Source: Dehalococcoidia bacterium
GTDB lineage: Bacteria; Chloroflexota; Dehalococcoidia; Lucifugimonadales; JAGWBF01
Direction: 5' to 3'
Length of the DNA: 64,000 bases
Assembly (NCBI GenBank): GCA_965247055.1
Contig: CBDFGE010000006.1
Coordinates: 688,114 to 752,113, forward strand
Below the pieces are notes generated by a model. The model saw only the letters and a list, made by a program, of their open reading frames with translations, was not told the origin of the DNA and made no database searches. Positions 19,411 to 28,644 of the stretch are shown piece after piece (the first letter of the stretch is position 1; every line of letters starts with the position of its first letter). A program made the translations under genes and the position numbers.

Positions 19411-19735
19411 GAACATGATGGGCCGTGGTGGAGAAGTGATTGGCGTCGACATGACCAAGGAGATGATCGACAAAGCGAGCAGCAACGCGCAAGCGATCGG
19501 GGCCAAGAATATTTCATTCAGGCAAGGGGTTATCGAGGACCTTCCCGTGGAAGACGAGTGGGCCGATGTTGTTATCTCAAATGGCGCAATCAATCTGGCG
19601 CCAGACAAAGCCGAGGTCTTTCGCGAGCTAAATCGAGTCCTTAAGCCCGGAGGCTGGCTCCAGATTGCGGACATCCTGGTTGAGAAGCCTATCCCGGATA
19701 GCGCCAAGCGAAATATCGACTTGTGGACGGGTTGA
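19411..19735 (+). pseudogene. ArsM/UbiE-like class I SAM methyltransferase, middle fragment (5' end removed by IS256, interrupted 3' by IS3)
   Basis: GEVIGVDMTKEMIDKA...DVVISNGAINLAPDK...LKPGGWLQIADI...DLWTG then TGA at 19733-19735. Colinear with arsenite methyltransferase-type enzymes. Confidence 0.8.
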
Positions 19736-19762
19736 ATCGCCGGGGTCAAGTGGACCCCATGA

Positions 19763-20698
19763 TCAGGACAGGGGTGAGGCTAAAATAAGAGAGTCTACCG
19801 CTGGGGTGTCTCGTAAACCTTCATCCGATGGTAAGGCTCGTGGATGTTCCAGTAAACACCTTTGTGGGCTCACTGCATGGAACACCTGACCCGGTGACCG
19901 ATAGCCCAGGGCTTGATGGGGCCGCTCTTGGTTGTAGAAGGCCAGATAAGCCCCAATCCCCTTTCTGGCCTCAGTCCCATTTTGGTATGCCTTCAGGTAC
20001 ACCTCCTCGTACTTGATGCTGCGCCACAGCCGTTCCACGAAGACGTTGTCCATGCACCGGCCCCTGCCGTCCATGCTCACTTGAACGCCTTGCGCCAGCA
20101 GCATGCTGGTGAAGGCCTCGCTGGTGAACTGGCTGCCCTGGTCGGTGTTGAAGATCTGTGGCCGACCCTTGCTCAAGGCCTCTTCCAGAGCCGCAACACA
20201 GAAGTCTACCTCCAGGGTGTTGGACAGCCGCCAGGCCAGCACGTAGCGGCTGTGCCAGTCCATGATGGCCACCAAGTAGAGGAAACCCCGAGCCATGGGT
20301 ATGTAGGTGATGTCGGTGGCCCACACCTGGTTGACCCGGTTGATCTCCAGCCCCCTGAGCAAGTACGGATAGACCTTATGCCCTGGGTTTGGCTTGCTGG
20401 TGTTGGGACGCCGGTAGATGGCCTCCAGGCCTATCAGCTGCATCAGCCGGCGGACCCGCTTGCGGTTGACCTGGTGTCCGTGATTGCTGAGCCAGGCAGT
20501 CATCCTTCTGGAGCCGTAGAAAGGTGTCTTCAGGTACTGTTGGGCTATGAGGGCCATCAACTCCAAGTCCTCGGCGCCGGCCTCGGTTGGCAGGTAGTAC
20601 AACGAGGAGCGGCTGATACCCAGCAAGGTGCACTGGCGCACCAGAGACAGCTTCGGTTCTTCTCGGTCAATCATGGCCCGGCGTTGGGACCGGCTCAC
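19763..20698 (-). CDS. IS3-family transposase OrfB
   Basis: 311 aa. Differs from copy A at only a few residues (A/T, D/A, GEGLQ/DEGLR). Confidence 0.9.
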   Translation of the reverse strand: MSRSQRRAMIDREEPKLSLVRQCTLLGISRSSLYYLPTEAGAEDLELMALIAQQYLKTPFYGSRRMTAWLSNHGHQVNRKRVRRLMQLIGLEAIYRRPNTSKPNPGHKVYPYLLRGLEINRVNQVWATDITYIPMARGFLYLVAIMDWHSRYVLAWRLSNTLEVDFCVAALEEALSKGRPQIFNTDQGSQFTSEAFTSMLLAQGVQVSMDGRGRCMDNVFVERLWRSIKYEEVYLKAYQNGTEARKGIGAYLAFYNQERPHQALGYRSPGQVFHAVSPQRCLLEHPRALPSDEGLRDTPAVDSLILASPLS

Positions 20699-20979
20699 AA
20701 CCCGAAGCTCCGTGACAAAAAATCCCGTTCCACCTTGAGCTGCCCAATCTGTTGGTAGAGCTGGGCAGTGAGGACCTCTTGGTCCTTCTCCTGGCGTCCA
20801 CCACCATTTTCAAAGAGGTGCGGCGCCCCCTGAGTCAAGGCCTTCTTCCAGGCATGGATCTGGCTCGGGTGGACTTCAAACCGGCTGGCCAGCTCTGCAA
20901 TGGTGTGCTCCCCCTGGAGCGCGGCCAAAGCCACTTTGGCCTTGAAGACTGGGCTGTGCTTCTTACGTGTTTGCTTCAT
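20695..20979 (-). CDS. IS3-family transposase OrfA
   Basis: 94 aa, one substitution (N/D) relative to copy A. Confidence 0.9.
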   Translation of the reverse strand: MKQTRKKHSPVFKAKVALAALQGEHTIAELASRFEVHPSQIHAWKKALTQGAPHLFENGGGRQEKDQEVLTAQLYQQIGQLKVERDFLSRSFGL

Positions 20980-21058
20980 GTCCTGCTCCTTGTTTCCGTC
21001 CTATTTTAGGAGCGGGACTCTCTCTTAGCCACCTGTCCGAATTTTGGGGTCCACCTCA

Positions 21059-21231
21059 GGGCTCTGCTGGAAGCAGAGCTGGCTAACAAGGTATCAAAGG
21101 CAGGGTTCGACGATTTCGAGATCACCTGGCGAGGGGACATCTTCAGGGATACTTCCCTGCAAAGCGCCGCATACGACTTCGGCATTATGGGGATTACCTA
21201 TCGCGCACGAAAGTCCAGGGCCGCCGGGTAG
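21059..21231 (+). pseudogene. ArsM/UbiE-like methyltransferase, 3' fragment
   Basis: In phase after in-silico excision of the IS: ...IAG|ALLEAELANKVSKAGFDDFEITWRGDIF...GITYRARK*. This matches the C-terminal GALxxxxYxxxLxxAGF region of ArsM-type enzymes. Confidence 0.8.
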
Positions 21232-21507
21232 TCAGCAACGTTTCTAGGGCCTACAGCACGAGAGGCCCTGGTCTGCAGACCCCAGTACCTCAAAGGGTTG
21301 CGCGGGGAAGCAGCTCCACCAGAGATGGTCCGGCCGCCACGACGATAGCCGAAGCAGAAGGTGGCGCCAGGTCGGGCGTTCCCCATGTCCGGCTTGCCTT
21401 GCCATAGCCTCAGCCGGCCGGTATGATAGCCAGAAGGCATCTAGAAGGCCTCAAGCATCGTCCGAGGGGTGATTCCACCCCTGCGGACATCCACAACCGG
21501 AGGGAAC

Positions 21508-23538
21508 ATGCTCTACGGCATGTACAGGTACTCCCGGTGGGACGGCACCCAGGAGATCATGGACCTGGACGCCGAGGAGCTCATGGAGCACCTGTCCGAC
21601 GATCTCCTGGCCCACGGGGACATCCGCCAGGCGCTCAGGGAGCTCATGCGCCGGGGGATGCAGAACCGCCAGGGACAGCGCATGCCGGGCTTGGATGACT
21701 TGTTACAGCAGCTGCGGGACCGACGGCAGGACCAGCTTCAGCAGTACAACATGGGCGCGGTGATGGAGGACATCAACCAGCGGCTGGAAGAGATCCTCAA
21801 GACCGAGAGAGCAGGTATCCAGAAGCGGCTGGGGGAGGCCCGCCGAGAGATGGAGCGCGCCGAGGGCCCGGAGCGGGTCCAGATGGAGTCCCTGAACTCC
21901 CTGCTGGAGCAGCGGGCCCAACGCAACTTGGAGAAGCTGGACAGCCTCCCCGAGGGCACGGGCGGGGCCATCAAGGGGCTCATGGAGTACGACTTCATGG
22001 ACCCGGAGGCCCAACGCATGTTCCAGGAGCTCCTGGACATGCTCAGGAGCCAGATGGCCCAGAACTTCTCCCAGGAGCTGACCCAGAGCCTTCAGAACAT
22101 GACGCCCGAGGACATGGCAGCCATCAGAGAGATGCTGCGGCAGCTTAACGAGATGCTCCAGGACCGGGCCATGGGACGGGCGCCCGACTTCCAGGGATTC
22201 ATGGAGCAGTACGGGGCCATGTTCGGCTCCAACCCTCCGGGAAGCCTGGAAGAGCTCATGGAGCGCCTCATGGACCAGATGTCCCAGATGCAGTCGCTGC
22301 TGCAGAGCATGTCCCCCGAGGCCCGGAGGCAGCTGGAGGAGGCGCTAAACGCGGCGCTGGACCCGGAGACCGAGCGAGAGATGGCCCAGCTTGCGGCGCT
22401 GATGGAGCAGCTAATGCCGATGGAGGAGATGCGCCGCCAGTATCCCTTCATGGGTGACGACAGCCTCACCCTGGACCAGGCGATGCAGCTCATGGGTAAC
22501 CTCCAGGACATGGACGAGCTGGAGCAGGCCCTCCAGCAGGCGATGCGGAGGGGGGATCTGGACGAGATCGACCCCGACAAGCTGGCGGAGCTCCTGGGGG
22601 AGGAGTCGCGGCGCGTCTGGGAGCAGCTACAGCGCCTGATGGAGGCCCTCAAGGAAGCCGGCTACATAACCGACGGCGACAGTCCGGAGCTCACCCCCAG
22701 GGCCATACGGAGGATCGGCCAGAGGGCCCTGAAGGAGGTGTTCCTCAACCTGAAGAAGGACAGGTTGGGCAATCACGAGGTGGCCACCCGGGGCGCCGGG
22801 GGCGACACCCTCCACGACACCAAGCTATACGAGTTCGGCGACCCCTTCCAGTTGGACCTCCACGCCACCGTAAAGAACGCCATAGTGCGGGCCGGGCCCC
22901 AGGTGCCCGTACGCCTCATCCCCGAGGACTTCGAGATCTACCGCAACGAGCAGATGACCAGGGCGGCCACGGTGGTGCTGCTGGACCAGAGCCGGTCCAT
23001 GGGCCTCTTCAACAGCTTCCAGGCCGCCAAAAAGGTGGCCATCGCCCTCTTCGCCCTCATCCACAGCCAGTTCCCCAGGGACAGCCTCTACGTCATAGGG
23101 TTCTCCGACTATGCGCGGGAGATCAAAGAGGAGGACCTGCCCAAGGTCAACTGGAACGCCTGGGTATCCGGCACCAACATACACCACGCCCTGATGCTCT
23201 CCCGCAAGCTGCTCTCCAGGGAAAAGGGGGGCAGCCGCCAGATCATCCTGATCACAGACGGCGAGCCCACGGCCCACCTTGAGGGGGACCGCTCCTACTT
23301 CAGCTATCCTCCCAGCTACAAGACCATCGTTGAGACCCTGAAGGAGGCCCGGCGTTGCACCCAGGAGGACATCCTGATCAACACCTTCATGCTGGAGAAC
23401 AGCTACCAGCTCATGGACTTCGTGGACAAGATGACCCGCATCAACCGCGGCAGGGCCTTCTACAGTACCCCCGACCGCCTGGGCGAGTACGTGCTGGTGG
23501 ACTACGTCACCAACCGCAAGAAGCGCGTTAGGGACTGA
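21508..23538 (+). CDS. von Willebrand factor A domain protein (MoxR-partner type)
   Basis: ATG at 21508 preceded by GGAGGGA. N-terminal MLYGMYRYSRWDGTQ, a long acidic/Gln-rich coiled region, and a C-terminal vWA with the MIDAS-like VVLLDQSRSM...ILITDGEPTA. Confidence 0.8.
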   Translation: MLYGMYRYSRWDGTQEIMDLDAEELMEHLSDDLLAHGDIRQALRELMRRGMQNRQGQRMPGLDDLLQQLRDRRQDQLQQYNMGAVMEDINQRLEEILKTERAGIQKRLGEARREMERAEGPERVQMESLNSLLEQRAQRNLEKLDSLPEGTGGAIKGLMEYDFMDPEAQRMFQELLDMLRSQMAQNFSQELTQSLQNMTPEDMAAIREMLRQLNEMLQDRAMGRAPDFQGFMEQYGAMFGSNPPGSLEELMERLMDQMSQMQSLLQSMSPEARRQLEEALNAALDPETEREMAQLAALMEQLMPMEEMRRQYPFMGDDSLTLDQAMQLMGNLQDMDELEQALQQAMRRGDLDEIDPDKLAELLGEESRRVWEQLQRLMEALKEAGYITDGDSPELTPRAIRRIGQRALKEVFLNLKKDRLGNHEVATRGAGGDTLHDTKLYEFGDPFQLDLHATVKNAIVRAGPQVPVRLIPEDFEIYRNEQMTRAATVVLLDQSRSMGLFNSFQAAKKVAIALFALIHSQFPRDSLYVIGFSDYAREIKEEDLPKVNWNAWVSGTNIHHALMLSRKLLSREKGGSRQIILITDGEPTAHLEGDRSYFSYPPSYKTIVETLKEARRCTQEDILINTFMLENSYQLMDFVDKMTRINRGRAFYSTPDRLGEYVLVDYVTNRKKRVRD

Positions 23539-23697
23539 AGGGGATACAAGCTACGCGGTGAAGTAAAATGTTGTACCGGGCCGGTAGCTGAAGTTCTTCT
23601 GTCTGGGACTGTCCCGCCTCAAGGCTACCATTGGATTCCACGGGTCCTATGATCCGGGATTGTATACTTCATGCGGGACTGATGGTAGAATTGAGCT

Positions 23698-24333
23698 ATG
23701 GTCAGGTTTATCGGGGTGTGGGCAAAGCGAATCGGCCAGAAGTGGCCATGGTTACTTATTATCGGCTTCTACAAACTTGCAGAAGATCGAGGACTTTCGT
23801 GGGTTAATGAACGGCTGGATGAATCCAGAGAGGGCATCATGGGGATTCTAGGTACCTTTCTGGATGTTCTACCAATAGTTACATGGGCGGCTGTCCCGAT
23901 CGTTCTGGTTGGCCTGCTTGTTAGGACGTGGAAGGCTACGAGTCTGTCCCCACAGACTAAAGACACAGTGGAGCCCCATCCTTCATTAGGGGCACCTGCT
24001 CTGCCACGGCACCAATACTCCAAGGAAATATTGGTAGTGTCATCTCTCGTTAGTCGTCCATCTCCGATAATCATGGATAGGATTTTTAAGAATTGTACAC
24101 TTGTTGGTCCTGCCGTCATCTTGTTTGCGGATAGTTGCGAAGTCCATGGTAGTCGCTTCGACGTGGGACTTGACGTGCTACTCATTGATATTGCTGCTAA
24201 TCGAAGGTTGTCAGGAGTCATTATCTTTGATCGGTGCACGTTTGATGGCTGTCGATTTGAGGGATTGGGCATCGCTATAACACCAGCACAACGTGAGATA
24301 TTTGAACAGGCGGTTCCTAAGATACAAGGCTAG
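23698..24333 (+). CDS. hypothetical membrane protein (passenger ORF)
   Basis: 211-aa ORF with one or two hydrophobic segments. No family recognised. Lies inside the IR-bounded island. Confidence 0.4.
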   Translation: MVRFIGVWAKRIGQKWPWLLIIGFYKLAEDRGLSWVNERLDESREGIMGILGTFLDVLPIVTWAAVPIVLVGLLVRTWKATSLSPQTKDTVEPHPSLGAPALPRHQYSKEILVVSSLVSRPSPIIMDRIFKNCTLVGPAVILFADSCEVHGSRFDVGLDVLLIDIAANRRLSGVIIFDRCTFDGCRFEGLGIAITPAQREIFEQAVPKIQG

Positions 24334-25204
24334 TATATGTGCAGGTATTGGCACTTAGCAACTTTAAGAGCGTATCCCTGAATAGCCAGGGGTTATCCCG
24401 ATTATTAAACCGCCACTCGAGTTCGTCGAGGTAGGCATCAAGGTGCTTGACCGAAACCTTATGATACGAGCCAATGATGGAGCGTTTGAGGAGACTCCAG
24501 ACGTTCTCCACGGTATTAGTGTGGACTTCGCCTCTGACATATTCCTTTGCGCTGTGATTGACCGTCTCATGGCGGGTGTCGTGGTCCGCGATGCCTTGAT
24601 AGGGAGCCCAGTCGTCAGTGTAGATAGCCTCTGTCTCCGGTGCGGTGGTCTCCTGGATGAAGTTGTGGAGAGTGCGACGGCCTCGATCAGGTACGACCTT
24701 GAGTACAATCTTCCCGTCTCGCTCGACTGCCCCGACCACTACGGCCTTGTTGCCCTTGTAGCCTCTACCCTTCCCCTCAACTTTGCCCCCGATGAAGGTC
24801 TCGTCGATCTCCACGATGCCTTTCAGGGGTACCGGGTAGGCGTCCTGCATGGACTTGCGGATACGGTGGCACAGATACCAAGCTGTCTTGTAGGAGACTC
24901 CTATGGTACGCTTGAGTTGGTTGGCAGAGATACCCTTCTTCGACTCGACTATCAGAACCACCGCTATGAGTCATTTCCTCAGAGGCAGATGCGTGTCGTG
25001 GAAGATGGTGCCAGCCAGCACGGAGAATTGATAGCCGCATGAGTAGCAATCATAGGTTCCCCGAACGGTATCATGGGCATGTCTGTCACCCTCGCACCTG
25101 GGACAGCGCACCCCATCCGGCCAGCGGAGTTCTTCAAGCACTTCGCGGCACTTCTCTTCGGAGTGGAACCGTTCCATCAGCTTCATCAAGTCCATTGACT
25201 GCAT
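24317..25204 (-). pseudogene. IS1595-family (ISXO2-like) transposase with a single in-frame TGA
   Basis: N-terminal zinc ribbon (CPRCEG...CYSCGYQFS), then ...HLPLRK-TGA-LIAVVLIVESKKGISANQLKRTIGVSYKTAWYLCHRIR and a DDE-type core. The TGA (24971-24973) sits where family members have Trp (PLxKW). Confidence 0.8.
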
Positions 25205-25463
25205 GTGGGTGCTCCTATGACTAGACGTAAAAAAAAGGCGACTGAGATGACGACCGAGGAACTTGAGAAACGACTATTCCCGAAGAAGGTCGTAGACGAA
25301 GTGAAGCGCATTGCTCATGGGAAGGATGACCCTGAAACTGTACCTGAGCAACCATCACATGATAAGTCTAGCACATAAGAGTTACCGTGTCAAATATACA
25401 ATCCCGAATTGATTAAGGTGCGGCACTCTGGTATCCTGAACACAGAAGATACCGTCGAGTAAG

Positions 25464-26606
25464 GTGGGAATGAAGGAAGTAATTCAGGAAGCGGTAAGGC
25501 TGCTCGGTGAGGCCCAGCCCTGCGTCCTGGCCACGGTGGTGAGGACCAAGGGCTCCACCCCCCAGAAGCCCGGCGCCAAGCTCCTGGTGCGTAAGGACGG
25601 CAGCGGCGTCGGGACTCTGGGCGGCGGGTGCGTGGAGGGGGACATCTGGTTCGCCGCCAAGGAGATACTGCGCCGCCAGGGCGGCCCCGAGTTCCGCGAC
25701 TACCTGCTCAACGAGGACATCGCCGCCAGGGACGGGCTGGTGTGCGGCGGCACCATGTACTTCTTCATCGAGCCGCTGTGGGAGCCCCAGGAGTTCCTCC
25801 CCTTCGGTGAGGAGGTAATGGGCGCCTACCAGAGCGGCAACCCGGTGGCTGTGGCCACTGTGGTAAAGGCCGACTCCGGCCGGGGCAACATGGGGGCGAA
25901 GATCCTCCTGCGGGAGGACGGCTCCACCCGCGGCTCCCTGGGAGACCCGGAGCTGGACGGGCTGGCCCTCGATGCGGCCCGGCGGGTGGCCGACCTGGGC
26001 ACCAATGAGTACGTGACCTCCCCGAGCGGGGTGGAGCTCTTCGTGGAGGGGTTCACCACACCCCCTACCCTCGTGCTCATGGGTGGAGGACACGTTTCCA
26101 AAGCCACCTATGCCCTGGCCCAACTGCTGGGCTATCGGGTCTACGTGGTGGACGACAGGCCCCAGTTCGCCAACAGTGAGCGCTTTCCCGAGGCGGCGGA
26201 CACCATCGTGGTCCCCGACTACACCAGAGGGTTGGACCAGGTGCCTGTCAACGCCAACACCTTTATCGTGATCGCCACGAGAGGCCACTGGTTCGACGAC
26301 CTGGCGCTGGAGGCCGCCGTTCGGACGCCGGCCAAGTACGTGGGGCTGCTGGGGAGCAGGCGAAAGACGATCCTCATATACCAGCGGCTGTTGCAGCAGG
26401 GCGTTGCGCCCGAGCGCCTCAGGGCCGTACGAGCGCCCATAGGCCTCGCGATAGGCGCCCTCACGCCCGAGGAGCTGGCCGTGAGCATCATGTCGGAGAT
26501 CATCATGTTCCGGCACGGCGGCTCGGGCGGGCCGATGCAGATGAACGAAAAGTACCTCAACAGGGCCCTGAGCAAGGCAATCACCCCCGAGACCGTATCG
26601 GCTTAG
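25464..26606 (+). CDS. XdhC/CoxF-family molybdoenzyme maturation protein
   Basis: LATVVRTKGSTPQKPGAKLLV...GTLGGGCVEG plus a second Rossmann-like half (LVLMGGGHVSKA...VVDDRP) is typical of XdhC_CoxI. Confidence 0.85.
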   Translation: MGMKEVIQEAVRLLGEAQPCVLATVVRTKGSTPQKPGAKLLVRKDGSGVGTLGGGCVEGDIWFAAKEILRRQGGPEFRDYLLNEDIAARDGLVCGGTMYFFIEPLWEPQEFLPFGEEVMGAYQSGNPVAVATVVKADSGRGNMGAKILLREDGSTRGSLGDPELDGLALDAARRVADLGTNEYVTSPSGVELFVEGFTTPPTLVLMGGGHVSKATYALAQLLGYRVYVVDDRPQFANSERFPEAADTIVVPDYTRGLDQVPVNANTFIVIATRGHWFDDLALEAAVRTPAKYVGLLGSRRKTILIYQRLLQQGVAPERLRAVRAPIGLAIGALTPEELAVSIMSEIIMFRHGGSGGPMQMNEKYLNRALSKAITPETVSA

Positions 26607-26610
26607 GGGC

Positions 26611-27255
26611 GTGGTGACCGGCACGGCTGCCCTTCTCCTGGCTGCGGGCGAGTCCAGCCGCATGGGCGAGCCCAAGGCGCTCCTCCCCTGGCAGGGCACG
26701 ACCCTACTGGAGCACCAGCTGGCAGCCCTGGAGTCGGCGGGCGTATTCAGGACCGTGGTGGTCCTGGGCCACCAGCCGGAGAGATTACAGCCGCTGATCT
26801 ATGGCCGGCAAGGGGTCCGCTGGGTCCACAACCCCGACTATCGGAAGGGCAAGACCACTTCCATAAGAGCGGGGCTCCACGCCCTCATCCAGTCCCAGGC
26901 TACCGCCCCAGACACTCCCGGGGAAGAGGCCATACTGCTGCTCAACGTGGACCAGCCCCGCTCCTCTTCGATCATCCGCCTGATAATCCGCTCCCATTTC
27001 GAGTCAGCGAGGCCAGGACACCCTTCCATTACAGTCCCGACCTACCAGGGTAAGGGAGGGCACCCCGTGGTTTTGTCCGCCCACCTCATGGACGAGCTGA
27101 TGCAGATGTCCGAGAGCACCCAGGGCCTCAAGGCGGTGGTGCGCAGGCATGGGGACGATGTGGTGCGGGTGGAACTGGACGCCCCCGAGATACTCCTTGA
27201 CCTGAACACGCTACAGGACTATCATCGGGCCTTGAGACAGTCGGGCCAGGCATGA
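26611..27255 (+). CDS. mocA: molybdenum cofactor cytidylyltransferase-like nucleotidyltransferase
   Basis: LLLAAGESSRMGEPKALLPW...LLNVDQP...GGHPVVL follows the MobA/MocA NTP_transf_3 pattern, and it sits directly after XdhC. Confidence 0.75.
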   Translation: MVTGTAALLLAAGESSRMGEPKALLPWQGTTLLEHQLAALESAGVFRTVVVLGHQPERLQPLIYGRQGVRWVHNPDYRKGKTTSIRAGLHALIQSQATAPDTPGEEAILLLNVDQPRSSSIIRLIIRSHFESARPGHPSITVPTYQGKGGHPVVLSAHLMDELMQMSESTQGLKAVVRRHGDDVVRVELDAPEILLDLNTLQDYHRALRQSGQA

Positions 27256-27327
27256 GGCCGCCGTGGGCCGCTCCGGCGGCCTCATGCCTGGCGGATCTCA
27301 GAGACCAATCCCACCAAGGAGCTGACG

Positions 27328-28521
27328 ATGAAGGCATTGGACGGGGTACGCGTGCTGGACCTGACCCGGGCCCTGGCGGGTCCCTACTGCACCATGATGC
27401 TGGGCGACTACGGGGCCGACGTGGTCAAGATCGAGCTGCCCAAGGTGGGGGACGACACGCGACACTGGGCACCTCCCTATATAGGGGAGGAGAGCGCCTA
27501 TTTCCTCAGCGTCAACCGCAACAAGCGCAGCATGACCCTGAACCTCCGGCACGAGACGGGAAAGGCTGTCTTCGCTGAGCTGGCACGAAGGGCGGACGTG
27601 GTGGTGGAGAATTTCACCCCCGGGGTGGTGGACCGGCTGAGCATCGACTACGGGTCGGTGAAAGCCATCAACCCGCGGGTGGTCTATTGCTCCATCTCCG
27701 GCTTCGGCCAGACCGGCCCCTACAAGAACAGGTCCGCCTACGACCAGATCATGCAGGGGATAGGTGGCATCATGAGCGTTACCGGCGAGCCTGGGGGCAC
27801 TCCCGTCAAGACGGGCATAGCCGTGACGGACATAGGAGCGGGCATGCTGGCCGCCTACGCCATCGTGACGGCGCTGCTCCACCGGGCGACCCACAAGCAG
27901 GAAGAGGGGCAGTACATAGACGTGTCCATGCTGGACCTACAGGTCGCCTGGCTGACCTACCTGGGAGGCTACTACTTCGCGACCGGGGAGAACCCGGCGA
28001 AGGTGGGGGCCGCCCACCCCAACCTGGTGCCCTATCAGGCGTTCATGTGCCAGGACGGGCAGTACATCAACGTAGCGGTCGGCTCCGAGCGACTCTGGGA
28101 GAGGTTCTGCAAGGCGATGCACCGGGAGGACCTTTACGCCGACCCCGACTACGCCCAGAACGCGGACAGGGTAAGGAACCGGTCGACGCTGGTGCCCCTT
28201 CTACAGGAGGGCTTTCTCAAGAAGCCGGCGGCCCCCTGGGTGCGAGAGCTGGACGAGGCCGGCGTGCCCTGCGGCCCTATCAACGACCTGAGCCACGTCT
28301 TCGCCGATGCCCAGGTAAACTCCCGCGGCATGCTGCTGGAGATACCCCATCCGACGCTGGGAAAGATCAAGCAGGCCGGGATCCCCATCAAGTTCTCTCG
28401 CACCGAAGGCTCAATAGACCGACATCCTCCTCTGCTGGGGGAGCACACCAACGAGATACTCTCCGAGCTCGGATACTCGGAGGAAGACCTGGAGCGGATG
28501 AACGCCGAGGGAGTGATCTAA
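27328..28521 (+). CDS. family III CoA-transferase (CaiB/BaiF type)
   Basis: LDGVRVLDLTRALAGPYCTMMLGDYGADVVKIE...ENFTPGV...YDQIMQGIGGIMSVTG motifs. Confidence 0.9.
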   Translation: MKALDGVRVLDLTRALAGPYCTMMLGDYGADVVKIELPKVGDDTRHWAPPYIGEESAYFLSVNRNKRSMTLNLRHETGKAVFAELARRADVVVENFTPGVVDRLSIDYGSVKAINPRVVYCSISGFGQTGPYKNRSAYDQIMQGIGGIMSVTGEPGGTPVKTGIAVTDIGAGMLAAYAIVTALLHRATHKQEEGQYIDVSMLDLQVAWLTYLGGYYFATGENPAKVGAAHPNLVPYQAFMCQDGQYINVAVGSERLWERFCKAMHREDLYADPDYAQNADRVRNRSTLVPLLQEGFLKKPAAPWVRELDEAGVPCGPINDLSHVFADAQVNSRGMLLEIPHPTLGKIKQAGIPIKFSRTEGSIDRHPPLLGEHTNEILSELGYSEEDLERMNAEGVI

Positions 28522-28644
28522 GTTGCCCCGCACGTCGGCCGGGCGATCTGGACGGATCCTTGAGTTCACCCGAGTACTCCCTTGCTTCCCGGCCCGACGC
28601 CCATTATCATTGGACGGAGCCGGCGGCGGGAGGAGGTACCGGGG

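Larger units (their letters stand above)
19746..21058 (-). mobile_element. IS3-family insertion sequence, copy B, with a 3-bp target duplication GGG
   Basis: Same 1313-bp element as 15948-17260, in inverted orientation. GGG at 19743-19745 and 21059-21061. Removing the IS and one GGG restores the methyltransferase reading frame. Confidence 0.9.
23655..25406 (-). mobile_element. candidate IS1595-family element with a passenger ORF (low-GC island)
   Basis: 15-nt inverted repeats with 1 mismatch: CGGGATTGTATACTT at 23655-23669 and its complement at 25392-25406. They enclose the transposase pseudogene and a 211-aa ORF. Composition is visibly AT-richer than the flanks. Confidence 0.5.

Noticed and set aside
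21240-21270. 7-bp hairpin AGGGCCT-N10-AGGCCCT just after the methyltransferase stop, considered as a terminator
   Set aside because: It has no T-tract and only a short stem, so the evidence is too weak to call.
1350-21507. Idea that one IS256-mediated inversion separated the MoxR gene from the vWA gene at 21508
   Set aside because: The sequence upstream of the vWA gene (21232-21507) contains no MoxR C-terminal coding remnant. It is preceded by the methyltransferase 3' end, and the IS256 flanks do not pair up. A single inversion therefore does not explain the layout.
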